Part shown: positions 19,401 to 30,401 of the stretch, in pieces
How the letters are laid out: every line of letters begins with the position of its first letter
Numbering within the stretch: the first letter of the stretch is position 1
From: Candidatus Zhuqueibacterota bacterium
Lineage (GTDB): Bacteria; Zhuqueibacterota; Zhuqueibacteria; Thermofontimicrobiales; Thermofontimicrobiaceae
Direction: 5' to 3'
Length of the DNA stretch: 64,000 nucleotides
NCBI GenBank assembly: GCA_049322915.1
Contig: JBMOPW010000014.1
Coordinates: 160,001 to 224,000, forward strand
The notes under the pieces: model-generated
Databases searched by the model: none
What the model was told of the DNA's origin: nothing
The model's input: only the letters and a program-made list of their open reading frames with translations
Translations under genes and position numbers: made by a program

Positions 19401-19797
19401 TCGGCTCGGCAACGCTGTTGGACAGCCCCTGAGACCCGAATGCGCTGTCATCGATAATGAGAATGACCGCACTCTCCGGAATGAGGTCGTCGTAAATCTG
19501 GGAGTTATCCCGATAGCCAGAATCGAGTATTAAGCCGAAGCATCCCGGCGCCAGCCGCATGTCCTCAGCCTCAGGCAATAGGAAATCTTTCTCAGCGCTG
19601 TCACTGATGGCCCAGCCAGTCAAATCAACCGTATCGGTGATGCTGCAATTATAAATTTCGACGAATTCGGTGTAGTATTCGCTGCCGGATGGGTCGAACA
19701 TGATTTCCGAGAGAACTATCTGGCAATGGCCGAAGGAAGGAATAAGTGCGCCAAGTAGTAAGAATAGACTGCTTTGAATGGTGGAACAAAAGCGCAT
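16411..19797 (-). CDS. Secreted protein with four lamin-tail domains alternating with CARDB-like Ig domains, plus FlgD-type CTD
   Basis: Four repeats of (N/S)E(I/V)M(F/Y).P...E(W/F).E(I/L)(F/Y)N...SLER...W...TPG..NS. C-terminal IAPNPFSPD...IYDIRGRLVR...WDG. Confidence 0.85.
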   Translation of the reverse strand: MRFCSTIQSSLFLLLGALIPSFGHCQIVLSEIMFDPSGSEYYTEFVEIYNCSITDTVDLTGWAISDSAEKDFLLPEAEDMRLAPGCFGLILDSGYRDNSQIYDDLIPESAVILIIDDSAFGSQGLSNSVAEPILLINSAGDTVAVYRYSLDNRPGFSDEKINLSGDDAPENWANSQTENGTPGAPNSVRQVAFDVRVALRLSPPVIGPDQNFSLLISVTNLGTDNCAGFEVLVFEDENSDSILTEEEQIGQPYFPQEMLASGDSLLFSVDMEARGSGLHLFYARVQLDQDQNISNNSARVEARIGFTRHAVVINEIMFRPSASTAEWIELFNPGDAPINVQLWKVSDSHLDAPVEISPADIMIDSKQYLIISEDSTIFTLFPEISCPVITPADGFPALNNSGDWIVLTDLAQNVIDDVNYSASWGSESGFSLERIRSQGQSSDPLNWGLCQDETGATPGAKNSLSPMDYDLNIHLWLAPHSIDSLSFFVSVHNVGLKPISEFTYLLYLDQNVDSSGQTGELLTTQLFENHTIESGDSISFYHSLPAPDPGFIQIIALLICNTDEELVNNFTILPFRAPIRRGQIVLNEVMFHPASGQPEWFEIFNTDSIAINLNELKFSHGGASKRYLSCTEDIFIQPHGFAILSENDVLLSAFPTIACPILVPTTWPDLTNSSDQIHLFDASDHAIDSMAYSFGQESKPGISLERLDPADSFADSAQWAFCIDFAGGTPGMRNSVAPLEVDAGVTDIAFSPTHPGPGDEIDISIQVTNVGITEIATIQLNCFIDFNGDGVQQSDERIGETITVEQRLERGESAVASIRYIPLQPGQITICARLSLVSDMNPSNDFRSARLSIGFAAQSLVINEIMYAPLSGDPEWIEIFNPHTEAVDIQHWTWADSDSADRIVLTLSPTTIQPSSFLILADDSSLATELEFSAATLIAPESWPGLNNDEDAIYIFDANGNVIDEVAYADSWGGGSGTSLERINPRRPSGDVANWSSSVSGSGSTPGGVNSIFADELPRRAELMIAPNPFSPDYDLRDDDAVISIQLPFNLAHINLKIYDIRGRLVRFLANNQPAGIHTVIKWDGLNDEGFMCRMGIYIVFLEALHSEKGLVETIKKTVVLAGQLSDR

Positions 19798-20062
19798 GGC
19801 ATTTTCTTTCCCTGTGTAATGGATTCAAAAAGAGGAATTAAGCGCCAAACAATAGGAAGCGATTTCCAGGGATCAGCCTGATGCACTGATTTTCGGCTTC
19901 GTGCAGCAAGGCAATTTATTGTCAAAAAAAGGAGATTGTTCTTGATTTTCGAAACACTGCCATGTTAAAATTACTTAAAATAAAAAATAAAATCAACAGA
20001 TATTTTTTTATTTTCATAGCTGCGGCTGAAAAAAATGGCGAATCAACCCTGGTGATTCTTTG

Positions 20063-20089
20063 TAAAGAAATGATGCAATCGGCCGATGA
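20063..20089 (+). promoter_or_regulatory. sigma28 (FliA/WhiG)-like promoter
   Basis: TAAA(20063-20066)-N15-GCCGATGA(20082-20089), compared with consensus TAAA-N15-GCCGATAA. Confidence 0.45.
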
Positions 20090-20174
20090 AAAGAAAGAGC
20101 GTCGTGCCTTGTTTGAATGAGAATTAGAACGGCTAATGAGAGCGCAAGTGATTGATGATTTTTCAGAGGTGTCT

Positions 20175-20489
20175 ATGAAAAAAAATTGGCTATGGATTGG
20201 ATCATGTTTATTGATAGTGAGTTGCGCCGGTATAAATAACTATGTTAACTCCCCCACCAGCGAAGAGCCCGTCATTTATGGCTCGGATGAGGTGAGTTGG
20301 TGCACCGAGTACAATGACGCAGTGACGAGAAAGAAATTGGTCAGCGGTATGAGTTGTGAGATGGTGAACGACGTCATGGGCGCGCCGATTTCGAAAAAGC
20401 AGCAGTCAAACGATCTGGTCATGTGGGAGTACCAGGACAAGCAGCTATTTTTCCTGCAGGATCTGCTTGTTTCATGGAAAGATAAATAA
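20175..20489 (+). CDS. Lipoprotein with SmpA/OmlA (BamE-like) domain
   Basis: SD GAGG, lipobox LIVS-C, motif GMSCEMVNDVMGAP...WEY. Confidence 0.65.
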   Translation: MKKNWLWIGSCLLIVSCAGINNYVNSPTSEEPVIYGSDEVSWCTEYNDAVTRKKLVSGMSCEMVNDVMGAPISKKQQSNDLVMWEYQDKQLFFLQDLLVSWKDK

Positions 20490-20557
20490 TAGAATCAGCG
20501 CTTCGAATTCCATCAAAGGATGTGCATCGAAACGTCACTGAGATGATACCCTCATGA

Positions 20558-20615
20558 AAAATGGATTAATTTGAAATACTCTTGATAAAAGGACAGGTTC
20601 AGATTAATCCATTTT
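20558..20615. repeat. 18-bp inverted repeat with 22-nt loop (possible terminator or RNA stem)
   Basis: AAAATGGATTAATTTGAA / TTCAGATTAATCCATTTT, one G-U type mismatch. Confidence 0.6.
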
Positions 20616-20682
20616 ATCCTCGACATGCTTCTTAAGAAAAGAACCCATTCGTTTTCTTCCCTTCGTGAAAGCGAAATTTTTA

Positions 20683-20711
20683 TTGACTTTTAGTTCAAAA
20701 AAAACTATATT
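20683..20711 (+). promoter_or_regulatory. sigma70-type promoter for secDF
   Basis: TTGACT-N17-TATATT. Confidence 0.65.
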
Positions 20712-20878
20712 GCCAGTCGTTTCAAAAAAGAAAGGTTTGCTTTTTTTGAACGGATAAACCAGAGCTGACATGATGATTTAATAATGTACAAGAGCCATGG
20801 AACGCGCTCTTTTATAAAAGCAACTTTGTTCTCTGGAATTGTAATATAACCAGTCTATTTTTTGGAGGTAACTGTCTG

Positions 20879-22951
20879 ATGAGTCGAAGTCTGATGTATC
20901 GATGGATTTTAATTATTGTTTTAATTGTGCTGGCGTTATGGCAGCTTTATCCCACTCTCAATCTTTCTAAACTGATCAAGCAGAAAGATGAGTATTATTC
21001 GAAAGTAGCCGAAATTTCTAATATAAAAAGCAATGATATTGAGAACGCTGTGCTGGAAGAAAACCTTGAAAACGTAATTTTAAGGGCGATTAAGGATTCT
21101 TCAAAAACACAGGAAGGTCGGGATTTAGCTCAAAGAATTATTACGCTGGATGAGAACATTGATAAGACCGAACGATCGGCCATCAAACGTGGACTGGATC
21201 TGCAGGGCGGGACTTATCTTGTTTATGAGGTGGACTTCCCGCATTTCATGAAAAACGTCGCAAAAAATCCGGATGCTGCATTCGAACGAATCATGAAGGA
21301 AGTTGATTTCGAAGCAAAAAGCAAAAATCTGGATTTCTTCGATGTGCTGCAATCACGCTATGTGAGTATGAGCCGCAATCTGAGTGAGGATTTTGGCAAA
21401 CGCGGTGAAGTTGACAGGAAAATCCTCGCTGACCTGCGCAAAGAAACTGAAGATGCAATCGACCGAAGCCTTGAGGTGCTGAGAAATCGCATCGACCAGT
21501 TTGGCGTCGCCGAGCCGTCCATCACAAAACAGGGAAACCGAAGAATCGTCGTTGAACTGGCCGGCATTCAGGATGTGAATCGCGCAAAAACGGTGATTGG
21601 CCGGACAGCCCAACTGGAATTCAAGCTGATGCGCGACGCAGATTATACCCGTTCGCTTCTCATGAAAATAGATGAAGTCGTTAAAAAACGTCGGCTTGGC
21701 TCTCTAGATTCCACTGCCCTGGCAAAGGTCACATCATCGACAGATACTTCGGCCGTTGATTCCGCTGCGATGAAAGAAAAAATTCGCAAAGATAAAGAAG
21801 TGAATCTGAACGAATTGTTTGGCGACGTCACGAATGCTAGTGGCGATGGAGACACTTCGCTGTCGGTTGATACCGAGATGTTTGAAGAAAATCCATTTCT
21901 CGCGTTGTTGGGCAATCTCGGAAATATGATAGCCGCGCCGAAACAGAATATGAGAGCGGTGGATATTATTCTCAACTATCCCGAAGTCCAAAAGATCATC
22001 CCGGAGGAGTCACAATTCCTGTGGCATAATAAAGCAAGAACCATTGGTGATAAGGAATGGTATTACCTCCATTTATTGAAGAAAGCGCCCGAACTCACGG
22101 GTGAATCAATTGCTGATGCTCAGGTTCAGGTGGCCGGTGAAGCAAGCGGTTCCAGCATGACCGGGGCTGGTCAGGCGAAAGTATTGCTGGCGTTGAATTC
22201 AAGCGGCGCCAAGAGATTTGCACGCGTTACAGGGGCCAATATCGGTAAAATTCTGGCGATTGTCCTGGATGACAAAGTCGCCTCAGCGCCCACGGTTCAG
22301 GATAAAATTTCAGACGGCCGGGCGGAAATTACCGGCATGGCAAACATTGATGAGGCGAAAGATCTGGTTGTCGTACTTCGCGCCGGCGCCTTGCCAGCGC
22401 GCCTGGAAAGCATCGAAGAAAGAACCGTTGGACCATCGTTGGGACAGGACTCCATCAAAAAAGGTAATATGTCGGCTATTGCCGGATTGATAATCGTTTT
22501 CATCTTCATGGCGATTTACTATAAAATGTCCGGCCTCATCGCTGATTTTGCGTTGCTGCTCAACATGTTATTTCTTGTCGCTCTGCTCGCTGCATTCCAT
22601 GCGACATTGACCCTGCCAGGCATCGCTGGAATCATCCTGACAATTGGTATGTCGGTCGATGCAAACGTTCTGATAAATGAGCGTATTCGGGAAGAATTGA
22701 GATCTGGAAAAACGATCAGGGCCGCCATTGATACTGGCTATAGTCGCGCCTTCATCACAATTCTTGATTCAAATCTCACGACACTTATTACCGCGCTTGT
22801 GCTTTATCAATTCGGCACAGGTCCAATACAGGGATTTGCAGTGACTTTGATCATTGGTATTATCGTCAGTATGTTCACTGCCATCGTCGTCACACGTTCG
22901 GTGCTTGACTTTATGACCTCAAAATGGGAAATCAAAAACCTGAGTATTTAA
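20879..22951 (+). CDS. secD: Protein translocase subunit SecD
   Basis: GLDLQGG, RIDQFGVAEP, AIVLD, GALPA, VGPSLG, LTLPGIAGIILTIGMSVDANVLINERIREE. Confidence 0.97.
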   Translation: MSRSLMYRWILIIVLIVLALWQLYPTLNLSKLIKQKDEYYSKVAEISNIKSNDIENAVLEENLENVILRAIKDSSKTQEGRDLAQRIITLDENIDKTERSAIKRGLDLQGGTYLVYEVDFPHFMKNVAKNPDAAFERIMKEVDFEAKSKNLDFFDVLQSRYVSMSRNLSEDFGKRGEVDRKILADLRKETEDAIDRSLEVLRNRIDQFGVAEPSITKQGNRRIVVELAGIQDVNRAKTVIGRTAQLEFKLMRDADYTRSLLMKIDEVVKKRRLGSLDSTALAKVTSSTDTSAVDSAAMKEKIRKDKEVNLNELFGDVTNASGDGDTSLSVDTEMFEENPFLALLGNLGNMIAAPKQNMRAVDIILNYPEVQKIIPEESQFLWHNKARTIGDKEWYYLHLLKKAPELTGESIADAQVQVAGEASGSSMTGAGQAKVLLALNSSGAKRFARVTGANIGKILAIVLDDKVASAPTVQDKISDGRAEITGMANIDEAKDLVVVLRAGALPARLESIEERTVGPSLGQDSIKKGNMSAIAGLIIVFIFMAIYYKMSGLIADFALLLNMLFLVALLAAFHATLTLPGIAGIILTIGMSVDANVLINERIREELRSGKTIRAAIDTGYSRAFITILDSNLTTLITALVLYQFGTGPIQGFAVTLIIGIIVSMFTAIVVTRSVLDFMTSKWEIKNLSI

Positions 22952-23062
22952 CCCAACGAAATTCTAACAGGTTTTGTGAAGATGAATATGGTGATTGGGA
23001 AGAGCAATATTCCGAATTAATGAACTGGTAAAACGAAGCAGTTTAAAATAGAGGAAATAGAA

Positions 23063-23977
23063 ATGCAATTTATTAAAGAAACTCATATTGATTTTATTGG
23101 ATTGAGGAAGGTTGGTTTTATACTTTCTGCCACACTCATCCTGGCGGGACTCCTTTCATTGATAATCAGGGGTGGGATTAATTATGGTATCGATTTTACA
23201 GGCGGTACATCGCTTCAGATTCGCTTTGAAAAGCCTGTTCAGATCGGCGATGTCCGGACAATTCTTACCAGCATCGGCCTGGGTAATGCTGAAATAAAAG
23301 AATTTTCAACCGGAAACGAGTTGCTCATCAGAGTGCAGCAATTGGCAAACATGGAAGATCCGTCGGATAAATTGATCGAAGCCTTTAAACAAAAATTGCC
23401 TGATAATCCCCTCGAGATACGGCAGAAGGAGTCGGTCGGACCGCGAATTGGAAATGAACTGCGTCGAGCTGCTATTTGGGCCGTTCTCGTATCGCTGGGA
23501 TTAATTCTCATTTACATCAGCTATCGGTTTGAATTTAAATTCGCCATCGGAGCCGTGGTCGCCCTGTTCCACGATGTGCTTATCACTCTTAGCTTTTTCT
23601 CATGGTTGAATCTGGAATTCACGCTGTCTGTGTTGGCCGCCTTTCTAACCATTGTAGGTTATTCGCTTAACGATACCATTGTGGTTTATGATAGAATAAG
23701 AGAGAATCTCAAGATCATGAGAAAAGATGATATGCTGACGATTTTCAATACGAGTATCAACCAGACGTTAAGTAGAACTGTATTGACAGGTTCAACGACG
23801 TTGATGGTCGTTATCATTTTATATTTCTTTGGTGGTGAAGTGCTTCATAATTTTTCATTTGCGATGATCGTTGGTATGATCGTTGGAACCTATTCATCTA
23901 TCTTTGTTGCCAGCCCCATCGTCGTAGTTTGGTATAGCAGAACCGAGGGTAAAAAGAGCAAATTATCTCGCAGATAA
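23063..23977 (+). CDS. secF: Protein translocase subunit SecF
   Basis: GIDFTGG, VGPRIG, HDVLI, GYSLNDTIVVYDRIRE, GTYSSIFVA. Confidence 0.97.
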   Translation: MQFIKETHIDFIGLRKVGFILSATLILAGLLSLIIRGGINYGIDFTGGTSLQIRFEKPVQIGDVRTILTSIGLGNAEIKEFSTGNELLIRVQQLANMEDPSDKLIEAFKQKLPDNPLEIRQKESVGPRIGNELRRAAIWAVLVSLGLILIYISYRFEFKFAIGAVVALFHDVLITLSFFSWLNLEFTLSVLAAFLTIVGYSLNDTIVVYDRIRENLKIMRKDDMLTIFNTSINQTLSRTVLTGSTTLMVVIILYFFGGEVLHNFSFAMIVGMIVGTYSSIFVASPIVVVWYSRTEGKKSKLSRR

Positions 23978-24050
23978 CAAGGCTGATGAACTGAAAGTGC
24001 GATCAATGAATTAGAAGAGCCTCTGAATGTTAAAAAATTGAGGTGAGATC

Positions 24051-24389
24051 ATGAATTTGAAAGAAGTTGAGATTGACGGGATTATAATTCTTCAGTTGTC
24101 GGGAAAAGTGATGGGCGGTCCGGATGCCAATTTATTAGGCGAAAAATTGCACGAGTTGATCGACGCGAAAAAGACAAGAGTCATTGCCGATTTAGCCCAG
24201 GTGAGTTTGATGAATAGCTCCGGACTGGGAATGTTGATTGGTGGCCTGACAACTATGCGGAATAACAACGGCGACTTGAAGCTGGCAAATGTCACAGAAA
24301 GAATAAAAAGCCTTCTCATCATCACCAAATTGATCTCCATCTTCGAGACATATGATTCTGTACAGGACGCGATGAAAAGCTATGATTAG
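24051..24389 (+). CDS. STAS-domain anti-sigma factor antagonist
   Basis: LSGKVMGGPDA...DLAQVSLMNSSGLGMLI with the phosphorylatable Ser. Confidence 0.9.
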   Translation: MNLKEVEIDGIIILQLSGKVMGGPDANLLGEKLHELIDAKKTRVIADLAQVSLMNSSGLGMLIGGLTTMRNNNGDLKLANVTERIKSLLIITKLISIFETYDSVQDAMKSYD

Positions 24390-24475
24390 TTAAGTTTAGA
24401 CAACAAAATTAAACATTTAAGAAAATAGATCATCACGCTCGAATTTAATAAAAGATTGAAGAAAAGAATATTTGG

Positions 24476-25818
<1,343 letters not shown>

Positions 25819-26378
25819 TATTTTCGAAGGTGTCGATTCCTGAGACCGAAATCGATATCCCGGGCAGAGTGGCGACAATAACAGTGCGTACCACACCTAT
25901 CGAAAAATTATCCTGGTTGTTCCTGCATTGTAGTAACAGAACGCTTTCAATCCGGGAGTGAATTAACATCAATAAAAAATTAGATGAGCGGTCAATCAAA
26001 ATAATGGTTGACCTTTTTTATTTTACCGACTGCAACCGTGTTTCATTTGGAATTCATGCCTCTAATAGTGGAGTTGAATTAAAACTCAGGGCGAAATCAC
26101 TCCTTTCTGAAATACTTTGTTAATGCTGCAATCAACGATTAGCGTCAGAAGTGGGTTGATTCAGATGGTATACGATAACTTGATTCGCAACAGGAAATAT
26201 GTCTTCGTTTATCGTTTAACATAATAAAAATCAAGCGGGAATTTGTGACATAAATTTTAAATATATCATAATAAAAATTAATAAGGCCTATATAAAATTA
26301 TAATAGCATTTTTATGAAATAAAACTACTGAACTGGCATATATTAGAAAAAAGCTAGAAATAGAGCATAATAGCCGAA

Positions 26379-26406
26379 TTGCAAAATTGAAAATATTTGC
26401 TATATT
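26379..26406 (+). promoter_or_regulatory. sigma70-type promoter for groESL
   Basis: TTGCAA-N16-TATATT immediately upstream of CIRCE. Confidence 0.5.
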
Positions 26407-26418
26407 TACACGACAAAA

Positions 26419-26445
26419 ATAGCACTCTCTTATGAGGAGTGCTAA
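26419..26445 (+). promoter_or_regulatory. CIRCE element (HrcA operator)
   Basis: ATAGCACTC-N9-GAGTGCTAA versus consensus TTAGCACTC-N9-GAGTGCTAA, upstream of groES. Confidence 0.92.
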
Positions 26446-26509
26446 TAAGAGAAAATGATAATAAAGCTAAGTACATGTAACCATTAACAAATTTAAAGGA
26501 GGAGCGTCA

Positions 26510-26794
26510 ATGAAAATTAGACCTCTAGCCGATCGAGTGGTTGTAAAACCGATTGAAACCGAAGAAAAAAAAGTTGGCGGCATTATTATTCCTGACACCG
26601 CAAAAGAGAAACCTCAGCAAGGTAAGGTTGTAGCAGTAGGCCCGGGCAAAATATCTGATAGCGGACAGAAAATTACCATGGAAGTAAAAAATGGTGATAT
26701 CGTTCTTTATGGTAAATACTCGGGAACAGAAGTATCGATTGACGATGAAGAATATTTAATCATGCGGGAAAGCGATATCCTGGCTATTCTATAA
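26510..26794 (+). CDS. groES: Co-chaperonin GroES
   Basis: [36 protein letters not shown]. Confidence 0.99.
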   Translation: MKIRPLADRVVVKPIETEEKKVGGIIIPDTAKEKPQQGKVVAVGPGKISDSGQKITMEVKNGDIVLYGKYSGTEVSIDDEEYLIMRESDILAIL

Positions 26795-26825
26795 TTTTAG
26801 TAATCAAATGGAAGCATTATAATAA

Positions 26826-28472
<1,647 letters not shown>

Positions 28473-28485
28473 AATAGCTGAAATC

Positions 28486-28517
28486 AGCCCCGATGTTAAT
28501 GTCGGGGCTTTTTTTTT
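28486..28517 (+). terminator. Intrinsic terminator after groEL
   Basis: AGCCCCGAT...GTCGGGGCT followed by a long T run. Confidence 0.85.
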
Positions 28518-28520
28518 AGC

Positions 28521-28549
28521 TTGACAAAATTGAATTCTTTTAATATATT
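28521..28549 (+). promoter_or_regulatory. sigma70-type promoter for folB operon
   Basis: TTGACA-N17-TATATT. Confidence 0.75.
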
Positions 28550-28566
28550 AGACACATTATAATAGT

Positions 28567-28938
28567 GTGGAATTATTGATGCAAGATATTCTCAGAATTT
28601 ACAACATGGTTTTCCATGCATATATCGGGCAGGGAAAATTTGAACATCAATTGGGAGATCGCTTCGAAGTCGATGTCGAATTGAACCTGAATCTTTCGAC
28701 TGCCGGAAGCACGGATAACATTCACGATACAATCGATGTCCGAAGGGTATATCGTATCGTTGAAGAAGTTATGACGGAGGGAGAAATTCATTTGGTTGAA
28801 GCGGTGGCGGAACGAATCGCCAATTCTCTGATTGAAAATCTGGGTGTTGCCGAAGTCACGGTGAGGGTCAGAAAGCCAAACGCGTCAATCGGTGGTGTCA
28901 GTGATGGTTTTGAAATTGAAATAACGAGAACTGCCTGA
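28567..28938 (+). CDS. folB: Dihydroneopterin aldolase
   Basis: FHAYIG...E...G.RFEVDVEL...DTID...LVEAVAERIA...VRKP. Start may be ATG 28579. Confidence 0.88.
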   Translation: MELLMQDILRIYNMVFHAYIGQGKFEHQLGDRFEVDVELNLNLSTAGSTDNIHDTIDVRRVYRIVEEVMTEGEIHLVEAVAERIANSLIENLGVAEVTVRVRKPNASIGGVSDGFEIEITRTA

Positions 28939-28941
28939 AAC

Positions 28942-29463
28942 GTGGGCGCTTTAGGAATTTATCTGGGCGTGGGTACGAACCAGGGCGACAGAATAGAAAA
29001 CCTGAAGCATTGTATCCACCTCCTTTTGGCCACAGGTTTGATCTCGGTAGAAAAAATTTCATCGGTCTATGAATCTGAGCCGGTTGGATTTCTGCAACAG
29101 CCACAGTTTTTAAATCTGGTTATGGCAATTTCGACAACGCTTGAGCCACTTCAATTATTAGACCTCACTCAACAGATCGAAATTCAAACGGGAAGAATTA
29201 AGACATTTCGGTGGGGGCCGCGGATAATTGATATTGATATTCTCGATTATAGCAACAGAACGATCGAAAATCCGAACCTTAAGCTACCTCATGATCAACT
29301 CCATGTACGGAAATTTGTGCTAATACCACTTTTTGAAATTGCAAATCAGTATTTCCACCCGGTGCTGCATAAACATATCGGTCAGCTTTTAACGGAGTGT
29401 CAGGATAAGTCTCGCTTACAATGGTATATGAATGGAAATAAACTCCTTATCGATGAGACCTAA
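28942..29463 (+). CDS. folK: 6-hydroxymethyl-7,8-dihydropterin pyrophosphokinase
   Basis: YLGVGTNQGDR, SSVYESEP, FLN, RWGPRIIDIDIL, LPH. Confidence 0.95.
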   Translation: MGALGIYLGVGTNQGDRIENLKHCIHLLLATGLISVEKISSVYESEPVGFLQQPQFLNLVMAISTTLEPLQLLDLTQQIEIQTGRIKTFRWGPRIIDIDILDYSNRTIENPNLKLPHDQLHVRKFVLIPLFEIANQYFHPVLHKHIGQLLTECQDKSRLQWYMNGNKLLIDET

Positions 29464-30098
29464 TGAAGATAAATAATTTAGAGTATATTGCGATTGATGG
29501 AGTCATTGGTGTCGGTAAAACAACGCTCACTCACATGTTGGTGGAAAGATTTAATGGCAAGGCGGTGTTGGAGATCGTCGAGGAAAATCCTTTTTTAGCC
29601 GATTTTTATCAGGACCCGAAACGTTATGCATTTCAAACTCAGATGTTCTTTTTGCTGAGTCGTTACCGCCAACAGCAGGAAATTCCGCAGCGCGAATTGT
29701 TTCAGGAACTCATTGTAGCTGATTATATTTTTGCAAAGGATAAAATTTTTGCATATTTAAATTTGGAAGATAGAGAGTTAGTTCTTTATGAAAAGATTGT
29801 GACGCTGTTAGAAAGGGATATCTCCAAACCTGATCTGGTCATTTATCTCAAATCGACTCCCGAGCGGTTGATGCAAAATATTCAGAGGCGCGGGAGAACG
29901 TTTGAGCGGAACATGTCTTTTTCCTATATCCAATCGCTGAATGCAGTCTATAACAATTTTTTTAATCACTATCGGGAAACACCCTTGCTCATCATCAATA
30001 CCACTGAAATGGATTTTGTCTTTGATAAAAATGATTTTGAAAAAATTGTGGAGTTGATTAAATCAGATATTCAGGGAACCTATGTTCACAACTTTTAA
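29463..30098 (+). CDS. Deoxynucleoside kinase
   Basis: IAIDGVIGVGKTT P-loop, ENPFLADFY, QMFFLLSR, RGRTFE. Confidence 0.92.
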   Translation: MKINNLEYIAIDGVIGVGKTTLTHMLVERFNGKAVLEIVEENPFLADFYQDPKRYAFQTQMFFLLSRYRQQQEIPQRELFQELIVADYIFAKDKIFAYLNLEDRELVLYEKIVTLLERDISKPDLVIYLKSTPERLMQNIQRRGRTFERNMSFSYIQSLNAVYNNFFNHYRETPLLIINTTEMDFVFDKNDFEKIVELIKSDIQGTYVHNF

Positions 30099-30101
30099 TC
30101 A

Positions 30102-30290
30102 GTGAGGGTTATGTTTTTCAGATTTCTATTTTTTATTTCATTGATTTATCTCGTGCTAAAACTGCTTCAGCGCCTGTTCAAGCCACCGGAACAAAATGCC
30201 GAGGTACATGGAAATTCCCAAAAACATGATCCGATTGATTTTTCCAAAGAGGATGTTGAGGATGCAGAATTCGAGGAGATCAAAAAATAA
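30102..30290 (+). CDS. Small membrane-anchored hypothetical protein (DUF4834-like acidic tail)
   Basis: N-terminal TM segment and C-terminal EDAEFEEIK; in operon context. Confidence 0.65.
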   Translation: MRVMFFRFLFFISLIYLVLKLLQRLFKPPEQNAEVHGNSQKHDPIDFSKEDVEDAEFEEIKK

Positions 30291-30401
30291 GTAAGAAGTG
30301 ATTCAATTAAAATAGATCCAGTACCAGGATGGTTTTCCCACAGTGAGGGATCGGAAAATAGTCGCTGTGACAGAATTGGGGGGAACTTCCGGAGCAAAAA
30401 A

